DNA from: a virus | Lineage: Duplodnaviria; Heunggongvirae; Uroviricota; Caudoviricetes | Reading direction: 5' to 3' (one strand) | Virus record (IMG/VR): IMGVR_UViG_3300035208_002255 | Coordinates: 1 to 64,000 of that record | DNA: 64,000 nucleotides | Shown: in pieces, positions 38,786 to 48,450 of the stretch | Numbering within the stretch: position 1 is the stretch's first letter | How the letters are laid out: the number at the start of each line of letters is the position of its first letter | Notes under the pieces: model-generated | Seen by the model: only the letters and a program-made list of their open reading frames with translations | The model's database searches: none | Told to the model about the DNA's origin: nothing | Translations under genes and position numbers: made by a program

Positions 38786-39016
38786 ATGCCATTCCGCAGC
38801 AAAAGACAACAACGTTTCATGTACGCCACTAAACCTGAAGGTGTAGACCTAGAGGAGTGGGCAGAAAAAACCAACTTCAAAAAGTTACCAGAGAAGATAA
38901 GGAAAAAGAAGAAGGATAAAAGTGATGTTGAAGAGTGTGCGGAATGCTCGAAATTAGATAAGACTCTAGAACTCGCAGCAGCCTTCGAACACTATACCAA
39001 ACTTCTTGGTGATTAA
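38786..39016 (+). CDS. small lysine-rich protein (plus strand)
   Basis: 76 aa; only plus-strand ORF in this stretch, preceded by a ~280-nt non-coding region. Confidence 0.35.
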   Translation: MPFRSKRQQRFMYATKPEGVDLEEWAEKTNFKKLPEKIRKKKKDKSDVEECAECSKLDKTLELAAAFEHYTKLLGD

Positions 39017-39874
39017 TTATTCGAACCAGACCATCTGTGACAACCCAGCGAATGGATCTAGTGGAGATTCTGTTTGCTGGGTTTGCTGTGTCTGGAATGG
39101 GAATTGTTGTGTCGGCATTTGGGGTGGAGCATTTGCCGCTGGACTTATACCAGAACTACCACCAGCTTTTGGAGATATCTGAAGAATTTTGTTAATAACA
39201 TTCCTGTCATTTGTAACAGGAAGGAAGTTATCACTCTTAATACTCCAAGCAGGGGATTCTCCCAAAGCGGATGCGATAGAGTTTACTCTATTTTGAATTC
39301 CCTGAGCATGCTGCATGATACGCTGAGTAAATTCAGGAGCAGTTCCCTCAAAGTATGTTGTGTACCACATAGCCTTTGAGAATGCTAAAGTGTCGCCAGC
39401 TTGGGCTGCAGCTTCAATCAGCTCGCCTCTACTTGGACCAGGAATTTCACCACCCAAAGTTCTTTGACCTTGTTCAGGATCTGGCATCTGTTGCTTTCTA
39501 GAACCCTTAAACAACATGCTAACAACATCAGCTGCGCCGGAGACATCATCTGGATATGCTTTGAATCTCGTCTGGTACTTTCCTTGAACAGAAGAGTCTC
39601 CATGAGTGAAACTAGGTTCTGTGCGAGATCTTGTTTGAATAGCTCCCCAGTTATGAGAACCTTGACCTCCGGTACTTTGACCGTGGCCCCAACCTCTACC
39701 ATAAGAGGATTCAAGATCTGATACTGCCATTACAATTTGGCGTTCTGCAGGTGTAGGTTGACGCCCCATAACCTGTTGAAAGGCTTGGTTTACAATACCA
39801 CCAGCCCAACGATGAACATCGACAGCTACCGCCTTTTTGTACAATGTGGCAAACTTTAGGATACGACCCAGCAT
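39017..39874 (-). CDS. hypothetical protein, Gln-rich C-terminus
   Basis: 285 aa ORF. Confidence 0.45.
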   Translation of the reverse strand: MLGRILKFATLYKKAVAVDVHRWAGGIVNQAFQQVMGRQPTPAERQIVMAVSDLESSYGRGWGHGQSTGGQGSHNWGAIQTRSRTEPSFTHGDSSVQGKYQTRFKAYPDDVSGAADVVSMLFKGSRKQQMPDPEQGQRTLGGEIPGPSRGELIEAAAQAGDTLAFSKAMWYTTYFEGTAPEFTQRIMQHAQGIQNRVNSIASALGESPAWSIKSDNFLPVTNDRNVINKILQISPKAGGSSGISPAANAPPQMPTQQFPFQTQQTQQTESPLDPFAGLSQMVWFE

Positions 39875-40122
39875 GAACTAATACCCAAATATCGCCATTA
39901 CTTATCTTTCTTATGCCAACATACTTCAAAACCCAATACACGAACCCATAAAGATTCTGTGTCTGAAGAGACGGCTAAGAACCAATCTCTGGGAGCATCG
40001 AGCCAATCAAGGTAGCACGTTGGAGGAAGCCACATCCATCCAAGTTTACCAATATGTCCGTAAGGTACTTTACTCATAGCTATTTATACTACTACGATCA
40101 AAAGTTCTCGACTTACAATTGT

Positions 40123-40195
40123 GGGTCACCAGGGAATCGAACCCTGAGCTTCCAAATTAAAAGTTTGGCACTCTACCAATTGAGTTAGTGACCCG
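40123..40195 (-). tRNA. tRNA-Lys (anticodon TTT)
   Basis: Acceptor GGGTCAC/GTGACCC, loop CTTTTAA, T-arm CAGGGTTCGATTCCCTG. Confidence 0.8.
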
Positions 40196-40330
40196 TGAAT
40201 CAGGTGGGAGTCGAACCCACGTACTTAATTCGCTGTTTCTTTTTTCTTTACAGAAGTTTCTAGACTTGAAAATAATAAGTATAATCAAATCATTGTACCT
40301 GTATATCTTGATATTGATAACTGAATGCTT

Positions 40331-40747
40331 TTACTGACAAACCAAAATCATAGAACTAATCTCCAATGCATCACTTATACTCGTAAGTGGTTCAACCTTT
40401 ACTAAGGATTCGGTACTTAGTGTAGTTCCACCTACTCCAGGTGTTCCACTAATATTTATAGTGGTTCCAGCAGTTCCTGCAATTGATGTATCGGTAGTTG
40501 CATTTCCTGTAGTTCCACCTGTACTAACAGGAAAGCCTTCATTCTCCCATCCTGCTAAACCTGCGTTTTCAACAATTCCATCAGAATCATTTCCACTGGG
40601 CTCTCCATCTGGAGTGCTGATAAGCACAGATGAAACGGATGTAGAAGAACTACACTCACAAGACTTCACGGTTTGAGGAGTTCCTACAACGTATCCAATT
40701 ACACAACAAAACACAGACACTAAGATAGTCTTAATTGAAGATTTCAT
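40331..40747 (-). CDS. secreted or lipoprotein-like Thr/Gly-rich protein
   Basis: Signal-peptide-like N-terminus then Cys; T/G/S-rich repeats. Confidence 0.4.
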   Translation of the reverse strand: MKSSIKTILVSVFCCVIGYVVGTPQTVKSCECSSSTSVSSVLISTPDGEPSGNDSDGIVENAGLAGWENEGFPVSTGGTTGNATTDTSIAGTAGTTINISGTPGVGGTTLSTESLVKVEPLTSISDALEISSMILVCQ

Positions 40748-40777
40748 TTATACCTCAGCTGATACTTGATTCAGCTT

Positions 40778-41089
40778 TTACATCAAATTATGCCTACGAG
40801 TACTTCTCGATTCCCTTCTTTTATTGGAATAGTAAGGCTTAGTCTTTGCCTTATTTGTTGGCAACAATGGGTCTATAATTGATCCATCTTTTGCAAGCTT
40901 GATATCTTCTCTATACGGGTGAAAAGATAGCTCACCAAACTTAACTCTATCAGCATACTTTGCATTAAGCTCTTGTATCTGATCATCTGCTTTTTCTTTG
41001 GTATCAAATATCACATCAAATGCAAGATACCAACCAGAACTGTCTTTTCCCCAAATCTTAAAACCCATTTTATCTCTCGTATATTTCAA
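40778..41089 (-). CDS. hypothetical protein
   Basis: 103 aa ORF. Confidence 0.35.
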   Translation of the reverse strand: MKYTRDKMGFKIWGKDSSGWYLAFDVIFDTKEKADDQIQELNAKYADRVKFGELSFHPYREDIKLAKDGSIIDPLLPTNKAKTKPYYSNKRRESRSTRRHNLM

Positions 41090-41381
41090 ACTCTTGCAAA
41101 GAGCTAATTAAATCATCTTCGCAAGTATCACCTGATGTTTCCCATTCAATTTCATGAAGAACATCTCTAAGATTCTCGAACTTCTCTGAAGACTCTTTGA
41201 CATGATCGCGCAAAGCCTTTAGATGTCTGTGAGCAAGATATGCTCTATGGTATGTCTTGATCTTGCCCTCATCGATAAGACGTTCAAGTCTATCTAAAGC
41301 TTTATCAAGCTTCCATAGGTCAGCAGTTCCGATGTTATCGGAACAATACAAATAATCTAAAGATCCTCCGCTCATAATCAA
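41070..41381 (-). CDS. hypothetical protein
   Basis: 103 aa ORF. Confidence 0.35.
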   Translation of the reverse strand: MIMSGGSLDYLYCSDNIGTADLWKLDKALDRLERLIDEGKIKTYHRAYLAHRHLKALRDHVKESSEKFENLRDVLHEIEWETSGDTCEDDLISSLQEFEIYER

Positions 41382-41875
41382 TCCCCATCATTACAGATAT
41401 CAATCACAATTTTTGAGAAATCATCCCAAGTATCAACCATTTTGACTTTGTACTTGTTACAAACAATTTCTACATTACCTTTTCGGTAAAACCCATCAGG
41501 ACAACCAACAATCAGCTTATCACTTCTGGCATAGAGCCCAAGTTCTAGTAGAGATATTGGAGATTTTGTATTTGGGTCAAAGTACATTGCGATGATATCA
41601 GCATCATCCAATGCCTGAAGCTCCCATCTAACTTGCTCATAAAAATCATCATTCTCAATTTCTTGAGCCCAATCATGGTTCCAATTATCACGTCTTGGAT
41701 TGTAAAGAGTTACAGGTTTTGAAACTGAAGCTATCAAAACTGAAGCGATTCTGGATTGCCAGTCTTCAGCAACACCCATTTCGATAGAACCAGCAAGGAA
41801 GACTTTAAGACCTCTTGCTTTGGCAATACTTGTTGGCGGCTTGATTACTGTTATCATATTTTTACTGTCAGTCAA
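41378..41875 (-). CDS. nucleoside 2-deoxyribosyltransferase-like protein
   Basis: KVFLAGSIE...W and LLELGLYARSDKLIV fit the NDT/Rcl-like fold. Confidence 0.45.
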   Translation of the reverse strand: MTDSKNMITVIKPPTSIAKARGLKVFLAGSIEMGVAEDWQSRIASVLIASVSKPVTLYNPRRDNWNHDWAQEIENDDFYEQVRWELQALDDADIIAMYFDPNTKSPISLLELGLYARSDKLIVGCPDGFYRKGNVEIVCNKYKVKMVDTWDDFSKIVIDICNDGD

Positions 41876-41898
41876 TTATAATATTAGAAGCCCCAACT

Positions 41899-42171
41899 TT
41901 ACTTGGGTTTTCTCACTAAACGCTTGAGTCTTTTCTCTAAACGACGAACCCGTTTCCTTACGAAGGGTTCAATTTCCAATGAGTTTACATGAAATGTCTT
42001 ACCAGCATTAGGGCAATTTATTCTATTGTTCTTTAGATCTACAGATGGATGATAGAACTCTCCAAAACGGCAACCCGGTTCACAATCATTAACAGCATAT
42101 TTACATCGTTTGCAAACTGCTTTTCTGTTGTGCATTCTACCGATATCAAAATCTCTATCTTCCGGTTTCAT
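41899..42171 (-). CDS. cysteine-rich small protein
   Basis: CKRCKYAVNDCEPGC. Confidence 0.35.
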   Translation of the reverse strand: MKPEDRDFDIGRMHNRKAVCKRCKYAVNDCEPGCRFGEFYHPSVDLKNNRINCPNAGKTFHVNSLEIEPFVRKRVRRLEKRLKRLVRKPK

Positions 42172-42494
42172 GCTTTTTCCATATACGTTCTTGAAGACAT
42201 AATCCCTCTATCTACGGAATGCCGAATACTCTGAACAAACTCAGCACTATCTTTCAAAAATGATTCAGCATGTTCTCCGGACTCAAAAAGAGCAGAAATG
42301 CTATGATATGAAGATTCAATTAAAGATACATCAACAACCTTTACGTGTTGAAACAATTTGAAAAGAACATAGTTCTGATAATCTTTATCAGCTAGGAAGT
42401 AAGGCTGCTTCAAATTAATACAATACCAATGATTGGATCTTTCATATTCATTCATATTCACTTCTTGGGTTCTTCTTTCAAACCCCATGGGCAA
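42168..42494 (-). CDS. hypothetical protein
   Basis: 108 aa ORF. Confidence 0.35.
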   Translation of the reverse strand: MPMGFERRTQEVNMNEYERSNHWYCINLKQPYFLADKDYQNYVLFKLFQHVKVVDVSLIESSYHSISALFESGEHAESFLKDSAEFVQSIRHSVDRGIMSSRTYMEKA

Positions 42495-42658
42495 GCTTTT
42501 TCATAATCCCACACTTTCAAATGCCCTTGTGTGCAGTACCATTGTTTCGATCCATCAAACCAAAGATCGACAGGTTCTTTTAGAGATTTGATGAACATAC
42601 AATCACTGCAATGTTTTGGTCTTTGTTCTAGTTTTTCCATTTTAACATTGAATGTGTA

Positions 42659-42985
42659 TTATCTAACTTTAGTCTTAAGATCTTCTGAAGTGATTGCTTC
42701 AATTGAAGATTTTTTCTTATCCATTATAATGCCCCATTGACGAGCTTCATCTAGAATCTCTTCAAGTATTGAAGACTGATCTTCATTGCACCATTCACAT
42801 GGATATGACTGCTTCTTAATCCCTAATTCTACTGGGCAATCATCATCCCCATACTTACAACCATGCTTTAAACAGCAGTGTTCGGTATGAACATCTTTAG
42901 GGGATTTTAGGAAACCGTATAACATTTGGAGAACCAGTAGAGAATTGAACTCTAGCATTTGTGTTTTGCAGACACAACTACACAC
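42659..42985 (-). CDS. cysteine-rich hypothetical protein
   Basis: 108 aa ORF. Confidence 0.35.
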   Translation of the reverse strand: MCSCVCKTQMLEFNSLLVLQMLYGFLKSPKDVHTEHCCLKHGCKYGDDDCPVELGIKKQSYPCEWCNEDQSSILEEILDEARQWGIIMDKKKSSIEAITSEDLKTKVR

Positions 42986-43128
42986 CAGTGCGCTGGTTCA
43001 TTAGGGTAACGAAAGAGTGTTGACAAATGGGCCACAGTTTCCTGTGTTTTCCAAAAGCCCAGCGGGGATTCGAACCCCGTCTCGCCAATGTTTGAGATAG
43101 ATGAAATGTCAACGGGCGCGTTACTTAG

Positions 43129-43211
43129 TGTGCAAGGAGGGACTCGAACCCTCACGTTTTTAAAACGGCGGGGTTTAAGCCCGCTGCGGCTACCTATTAC
43201 GCCACTCGCAC
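43129..43211 (-). tRNA. tRNA-Leu (anticodon TAA), class II
   Basis: Acceptor GTGCGAG/CTTGCAC with one G-U pair, anticodon stem GCGGG/CCCGC, loop CTTAAAC, long variable arm. Confidence 0.7.
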
Positions 43212-43254
43212 ATTAAATGATAAGGATGCCTACTTTGATGTTATATATCCTTAC

Positions 43255-43959
43255 ATGAGACAAAAAACAAGTATAATTTGGAAACCTAATCGCGAAGAAT
43301 TTCAAACTATTGTAAATCAATATAACAGCTTAGCTGATATTTTACGACATTTTGGTTTACATGTTGGAGCTGGAAATTATAAAACTCTCAAAAATAGATT
43401 ACGAGAAGATAGTGTTAATTTTGAGCATATTAAGCTTGGTATAAATTCTAATAAAAATCGTCCGTCACCATTTAAGTTAGAGCTAAATGAAATTTTAGAT
43501 CGTCATTTAGTTTTTAACTCAAAAATAAAATCATCAAAACTGAAGGAATATATTCTTAAATTCAAATTGTTAGATAATAAATGTTCAGAATGTGGTCAAT
43601 TACCTGAGTGGAATGGTAAGCCGTTAATTCTTCAATTAGATCATATTAATGGTAATTCATCTGATAATAGATTAGAAAATCTAAGAATTCTTTGTCCTCA
43701 TTGCCATTCTCAAACAGATACTTTTTCTGGTAAAAGACTTAAAAAGCATTACAATTGTATTGATTGCCATTGTAGCATTACTAAAAACTCTACAAGGTGT
43801 AAATCATGTTCAAGTAAATTAACAAATAGAAAGACTAAGATTAATTGGCCTCAAAAAGAAGAATTAATTAAAATTACAAATGATATAGGATTTTCTGCTG
43901 CTGGTAGAGAGCTTGGCGTATCAGATAACGCTATTAGAAAACGATTAAAAATCCATTAA
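43255..43959 (+). CDS. HNH homing endonuclease (paralog 2 of 3)
   Basis: LQLDHINGNSSDNRLENLRILCPHCH; C-terminal LGVSDNAIRKRL. Confidence 0.8.
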   Translation: MRQKTSIIWKPNREEFQTIVNQYNSLADILRHFGLHVGAGNYKTLKNRLREDSVNFEHIKLGINSNKNRPSPFKLELNEILDRHLVFNSKIKSSKLKEYILKFKLLDNKCSECGQLPEWNGKPLILQLDHINGNSSDNRLENLRILCPHCHSQTDTFSGKRLKKHYNCIDCHCSITKNSTRCKSCSSKLTNRKTKINWPQKEELIKITNDIGFSAAGRELGVSDNAIRKRLKIH

Positions 43960-44149
43960 CATATAGGGGTCGAACTCATAAGTCCTTGCGGATCGTCAAC
44001 TTTCCAAGTTGATGCCGTCGCCAGCTGTCGGCTAGTCTCTCCATATTCCACTCGCGCACTCCCTAAGTGGACATCGGTTTTCTATCGTGTGCGCTACGCC
44101 AGTTCTATTGAACTAGAAAGAGTTTAAGTAACGAAAGAAGCGAGACCAT

Positions 44150-44262
44150 CGTTTTTCGGCGTCCTGCCACTAGACGAAATCCAATAAAGCTGGATAGAGG
44201 AATCGAACCTCTGTTTCCGGCGTGGAATGCGATGAATGATCTCAGAGCGCGTTACTTAGATG
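44150..44262 (-). other. tRNA-like cassette: T-arm + 3' acceptor (ATCCAGC), then TTT, then 5' acceptor-like (ATTGGAT) + D-arm (CGTC-TAGTGGCAG-GACG), flanked by motif 1 and motif 2
   Basis: Same permuted arrangement as 50791..50885, weaker acceptor pairing (5/7). Confidence 0.4.
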
Positions 44263-44333
44263 CGAGAGTTGGACTTGAACCAACGACCTTCAACTTATGA
44301 GGATGACGAGCTACCAGACTGCTCTATCTCGCA
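44260..44333 (-). tRNA. tRNA (anticodon CAT; Met or Ile2)
   Basis: Acceptor TGCGAGA/TCTCGCA, D GAGC/GCTC, loop CTCATAA, T-arm GTTGGTTCAAGTCCAAC. Confidence 0.7.
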
Positions 44334-44335
44334 GT

Positions 44336-44406
44336 GATCTTAATGGGAATCGAACCCATGTTACCGACTTGAGAAGACGGCTTCCTTGCCTCTAGAAGAT
44401 AAGACC
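44336..44406 (-). tRNA. tRNA (anticodon not resolved)
   Basis: T-arm ATGGGTTCGATTCCCAT with matching acceptor GGTCTTA/TAAGATC. Confidence 0.45.
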
Positions 44407-44540
44407 AAAAACAACGAAAATGCGATGACCAAATGTGTCTGCCAGTTCCACCACATCTAAGTTTCCTTAGATGACAGGATTCGAACCTGTAATTCCAATA
44501 TGTTTGTTTAGATGAATGGTCATCAAGCGCGTTGTTTAGT

Positions 44541-44612
44541 CGGCCAAAATGGAATCGAACCATTTTTTTAACCTTATCAGGGTTACGTGCTAAACCAGTC
44601 TACTATTGGCCG
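44541..44612 (-). tRNA. tRNA-Ile (anticodon GAT)
   Basis: Acceptor CGGCCAA/TTGGCCG, anticodon stem TAACC/GGTTA, loop CTGATAA. Confidence 0.7.
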
Positions 44613-44669
44613 TAATCTGTACTCATTCTATATCAAATTATTGATAGTGAACACTAGAATTATTTCTTG

Positions 44670-45011
44670 TTATAAGATTTTAGTAATTAGATGCCATGAC
44701 GGTTTCTTAGAACCAAGTTTAAGAACTGATGATATCTTCATCCATTTTTCATCAAGTTTTGATATATTTTTTGGAATTTTTAACTTAGTTACATACTCAT
44801 AATCAAATGTAGTATTTTCCCAGATACCAATACCGAATTTGGTATTCTCTGTATTCGATAAATCAATTACATTGAAACCTTTATGATCACCAAGAATTTC
44901 AAGCAAATCACTAACACCCCAATTACCCTCTGTTGGGAACCTTTTTAATATGTTTTTGGCTGTATATTCAGATATAACCACACCATAGAAAATACTTGCA
45001 TAACATTCCAT
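44670..45011 (-). CDS. hypothetical protein
   Basis: 113 aa ORF. Confidence 0.4.
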   Translation of the reverse strand: MECYASIFYGVVISEYTAKNILKRFPTEGNWGVSDLLEILGDHKGFNVIDLSNTENTKFGIGIWENTTFDYEYVTKLKIPKNISKLDEKWMKISSVLKLGSKKPSWHLITKIL

Positions 45012-45240
45012 TAAGCTTTAATGGAGGAGCCTTAATTTCTCGACCCAAAAAGAATTTTGGATTACAAATCTTCATTGGTGATATCTACACCATCACAAGT
45101 TAGCAACATAAACAATTCTTTTGCGCAAACCTCAGGGTCATGATTTTCTGGAGCAATATCTATTTTGATGTCTTGAAGACCGTTTTCTTTCTCTTTAGCA
45201 GAGAACTCACGGAGCTGATTCATCCAATACCCTTGCGTTT

Positions 45241-45558
45241 TCATAAATCCTCTTTAGCGCTTTCGATTCCATCTTGAAGGAGTTTCCAAGATTGTTCAGA
45301 TATTATGTTTTGAACAATGAGATAACCCAATTGTTTTTTCCCCATATGTACATTGATTACATCACCTTTTTGAACTTTGTCAAGAGCTTCCGGAACCAAA
45401 GCATCTACCCATGCAAACAGACCATCTTCATCTTGGTAAGGTGTACATCTAATTGAATATACAGATCCTTGGATTGTAGTATTCACAACAAATAGAACAC
45501 CTACACTAACCAAATGCAAATACAGGTCATTAATATTTACTTTGACAAATAGTCTCAT
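45241..45558 (-). CDS. hypothetical protein
   Basis: 105 aa ORF. Confidence 0.4.
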   Translation of the reverse strand: MRLFVKVNINDLYLHLVSVGVLFVVNTTIQGSVYSIRCTPYQDEDGLFAWVDALVPEALDKVQKGDVINVHMGKKQLGYLIVQNIISEQSWKLLQDGIESAKEDL

Positions 45559-45866
45559 TTCTCGTTCTCTTTACTCCAAGTTTCCCAATCCTCAACACTC
45601 TTAAAGATAGGAGGATTTTCTCTAAGTCTTTTAACTCTTTCCGATCTTTCAAGTTCATCTGATTTAATTTTTGATGCTGCAACTTTATCTACAAAGCCAC
45701 ACCCACCACATCTTCCACCAGGAAAATAAACCCCAAAATATTGCCCAACTGCCGGATATCCAGCTCCTAAATATTGCTTTACTATTGGGTATCCACATCT
45801 AGGACAATCACAATGATCTTCTATGTTATACATCTTAACCTGATCTTCCTCTACTCTTCTTATCAC
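45555..45866 (-). CDS. zinc-binding hypothetical protein
   Basis: CDCPRCG...CGGCG. Confidence 0.4.
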   Translation of the reverse strand: MIRRVEEDQVKMYNIEDHCDCPRCGYPIVKQYLGAGYPAVGQYFGVYFPGGRCGGCGFVDKVAASKIKSDELERSERVKRLRENPPIFKSVEDWETWSKENEK

Positions 45867-46125
45867 TAACTCTTTCAGTACGGAAGCGGCGAGAAGGATC
45901 TTGTTTACTTAACCACTTAATATGCTTTGCAAACTTCTCATCACTCAGAAGAATCTCAACCGTGTTGAATTTATCTTCCAACTCTTTATTAGTGAAGAAA
46001 GCATGTATTGATTTATGACAATCAAGACATATTGGTAGAGTTTCTTTTCCGCCTCGGGATTTTGGAGTCAAATGATGATCTGAGACTTCGGGAACTTCTC
46101 GACTACAAAGAGGACAATCATACAT
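45835..46125 (-). CDS. small HNH endonuclease
   Basis: HHLTPKSRGG...CLDCH HNH core. Confidence 0.55.
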   Translation of the reverse strand: MYDCPLCSREVPEVSDHHLTPKSRGGKETLPICLDCHKSIHAFFTNKELEDKFNTVEILLSDEKFAKHIKWLSKQDPSRRFRTERVSDKKSRGRSG

Positions 46126-46133
46126 ATTAATCC

Positions 46134-46550
46134 TTATTCATCATCTTCATCTTCTTCACGTTCCCAGCGCTCATATAATGCAGCTGGGCTATTATACGCA
46201 TCCCAAGGAATCTTATATTTCTTTTCTTCTTTGGTAATCTCTTTAGGTGGTTCCAGAGTAACATCTCTGGGAACAATTACCATTTTCAACTGATCGCCTT
46301 TTAAGACACAATTACCAATTATCAAAGGATCTTCACCTTTAGTTTCTCTGGTAAGATAATAAGTATTATTATCAAGACGAGGACCAATACCAAATCCTCT
46401 ATCATTCAATGCTTGTCGATAAAAATCAGTTCCATGACCAACACGTTTACCATTAGCGGTCTCAGTCAATGCTGAGTTTAACCAATGACGTTCAATATTA
46501 GTTAACGTTTGTTGGGCTAGTTTGAGAATCTGTTGGTGTCTTGAGATCAT
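46134..46550 (-). CDS. hypothetical protein (start trimmed; upstream codons overlap tRNA-Leu)
   Basis: Track ORF 46134..46637 runs into tRNA 46570..46653. Confidence 0.4.
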   Translation of the reverse strand: MISRHQQILKLAQQTLTNIERHWLNSALTETANGKRVGHGTDFYRQALNDRGFGIGPRLDNNTYYLTRETKGEDPLIIGNCVLKGDQLKMVIVPRDVTLEPPKEITKEEKKYKIPWDAYNSPAALYERWEREEDEDDE

Positions 46551-46569
46551 ATTTCTATGTCTATTTAGT

Positions 46570-46653
46570 GCCATTGGAGGGAGTCGAACCCTCATCCACG
46601 TACGTGGGCCAAATTTTGAGTTTGGTATGTATGCCAAATTCCATCACAATGGC
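46570..46653 (-). tRNA. tRNA-Leu (anticodon CAA), class II
   Basis: Acceptor GCCATTG/CAATGGC, stem CCAAA/TTTGG, loop CTCAAAA, variable hairpin CCACGTACGTGG. Confidence 0.7.
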
Positions 46654-46760
46654 GTAGATAACAGAGACTTGGATCTCTGCCCGAACCAACATTGATAATT
46701 TCCAAGTACCAATATCAATTCTAGAGTACAAAATAGGGTTCAAGCCAATCTGTACTTTGT

Positions 46761-46832
46761 AGGACGTATAGGATTCGAACCTATAACCTTTCCGTTATGG
46801 GCGGAACGCACTGACCGTTGTGCTAACGTCCC
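46761..46832 (-). tRNA. tRNA (anticodon CAT; third CAT tRNA)
   Basis: Acceptor GGGACGT/ACGTCCT, D GCAC/GTGC, stem TTCCG/CGGAA, loop CCCATAA. Confidence 0.7.
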
Positions 46833-47216
46833 AAAAAACTAATCTTGCTGCCCTTTAATCTGTTGCTTACCAAACCTTCGACCAATTCTCTTGAACCATC
46901 TGTACATAGATTTCTCAGAACTTCTCTGAGGTTTTTTCCTTTCCGGAACACCAAGGAATCGAGTCATCCTTGGCCAACCACCAGACTTACGCCGATCAAA
47001 TGGATTATCAAAGCCATAAGGTTTCATTTATTTAGCTTTCTGATTCTGAATGTTGCGGTCGGACAGTTCTGTTTGTGTTTTTCAAGAATCTCTTGAGCAT
47101 TCTTTTCCTTAACAAGAGAAATAGGTCTCTTGCAAGCATTACAAAACCACCAGCTTTTCATTAAGAAACATGAACATCCCATATACTGATACTAGAGTAT
47201 TCTAAGACTTCCTAGT

Positions 47217-47273
47217 TCTTCGAGTAGGAATTGAACCTACGTCCCTATGGCTCTTCCACTGAGCTATCGAAGA
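47217..47273 (-). other. 57-nt tRNA-like element with no anticodon arm (acceptor + D-arm + T-arm only)
   Basis: TCTTCGA-TA-GCTC-AGTGGAA-GAGC-CATAGGGAC-GTAGG-TTCAATT-CCTAC-TCGAAGA; perfect 7-bp acceptor pairing. Confidence 0.45.
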
Positions 47274-47302
47274 ATTGAAGGTTCCCTAAGGAACCTCCTA
47301 GC

Positions 47303-48145
47303 TTACCAAAGAATATTAGTATTCTGTGGTTCTGGTTTTTGCCAACCGAATCTCAGATCATTGATTGATAATTGCTGAATTGGTTGTGATATTAAAGAAC
47401 CTTCTGACATTGCGATTAGTCGTTTTTCAAATACAGATCTTCGCACAGTTCTTACTATATCTTCATCATTCCAAGTTCTCAGGTCTGTACTCTTTTTCCA
47501 GAATCTTTCAGCAAGAAAGACTCGTCTTCTAGAGGCTTCACCACCTCTTCCACAAGATCCTGATGCGTATACTTTTAGCTTTCCGCCAGGATTTGAACCA
47601 CATCTAGAATAAGACCATCGAATCATTTTCAAGCCTTCATAGAAACATAGCTTTCTATTATCTACTAAAGCTTGACCAGTAACACCTTTTTCGATATCTT
47701 CTGGATTGTCACCGAACTGAGGTGGTCTGTCATACTTCACATTCCAAGTACGAGTTTTTGATGGAGCTTTTCCTGCCTTGATTTGCATCATGCACCATGA
47801 ATGTCCCGAATCTCCTCTGCCAGAAAGATCACCATAATCAACATCTCTGCGAAATCCGGACTCATGAAACATGATGGATAGCATAACAGCTACTGTATGC
47901 GCTCTTCCATCTGGTCCATCAAATACTGGTTTGTTATTAGGATCGTAGACAACCTCTACCAAATCCTTAGCTATCGATTCATATCTTTGATATGATTCTT
48001 CTGGAGTTTCAAATAGAACAATTGCGTCCTTTGTTTTACTCATTCGTACTTGATCACGACGACTCTGTTCCGCAGGGGGAATCATTGTCATCATGAACGC
48101 CATAATCCATGCAAATAATCCGTTCATGTATCCTCGGGGTGTCAT
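47303..48145 (-). CDS. lytic transglycosylase (SLT domain) / peptidoglycan hydrolase
   Basis: FHESGF...SGHSWCMMQI matches the SLT ES...GLMQ catalytic signature. Confidence 0.6.
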   Translation of the reverse strand: MTPRGYMNGLFAWIMAFMMTMIPPAEQSRRDQVRMSKTKDAIVLFETPEESYQRYESIAKDLVEVVYDPNNKPVFDGPDGRAHTVAVMLSIMFHESGFRRDVDYGDLSGRGDSGHSWCMMQIKAGKAPSKTRTWNVKYDRPPQFGDNPEDIEKGVTGQALVDNRKLCFYEGLKMIRWSYSRCGSNPGGKLKVYASGSCGRGGEASRRRVFLAERFWKKSTDLRTWNDEDIVRTVRRSVFEKRLIAMSEGSLISQPIQQLSINDLRFGWQKPEPQNTNILW

Positions 48146-48169
48146 AGTATTAGAAGCCCCATGCGGCTG
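48141..48169 (-). promoter_or_regulatory. conserved 28-nt element GTCATAGTATTAGAAGCCCCATGCGGCT (copy A), putative phage promoter
   Basis: Sits right upstream of the SLT gene start; five near-identical copies in the window. Confidence 0.4.
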
Positions 48170-48450
48170 TTTTCGCCAGTGGTTAACCTACTGGTTGGTT
48201 GAGCGAGCCGAAACTCTAGTTACTTGTTTCAAGGTAGTCAAGAAGTTTTGGGATACAGCCGACCGGCTGACAAACTCTCAACTCGAAAACAAGAACAGTA
48301 TCCAAAGGCTCTTTGCCTGAGCCTAGGATTATTCCTCGACATCAAACCTTTACCCTTGAGATACTTCGTCAGACAACTTTCATTCTAACGAGAATTCCAA
48401 GCTTAGCAGTTTTCTCCGTATGTAAGATGAGGTAGTATTACCATACTACC

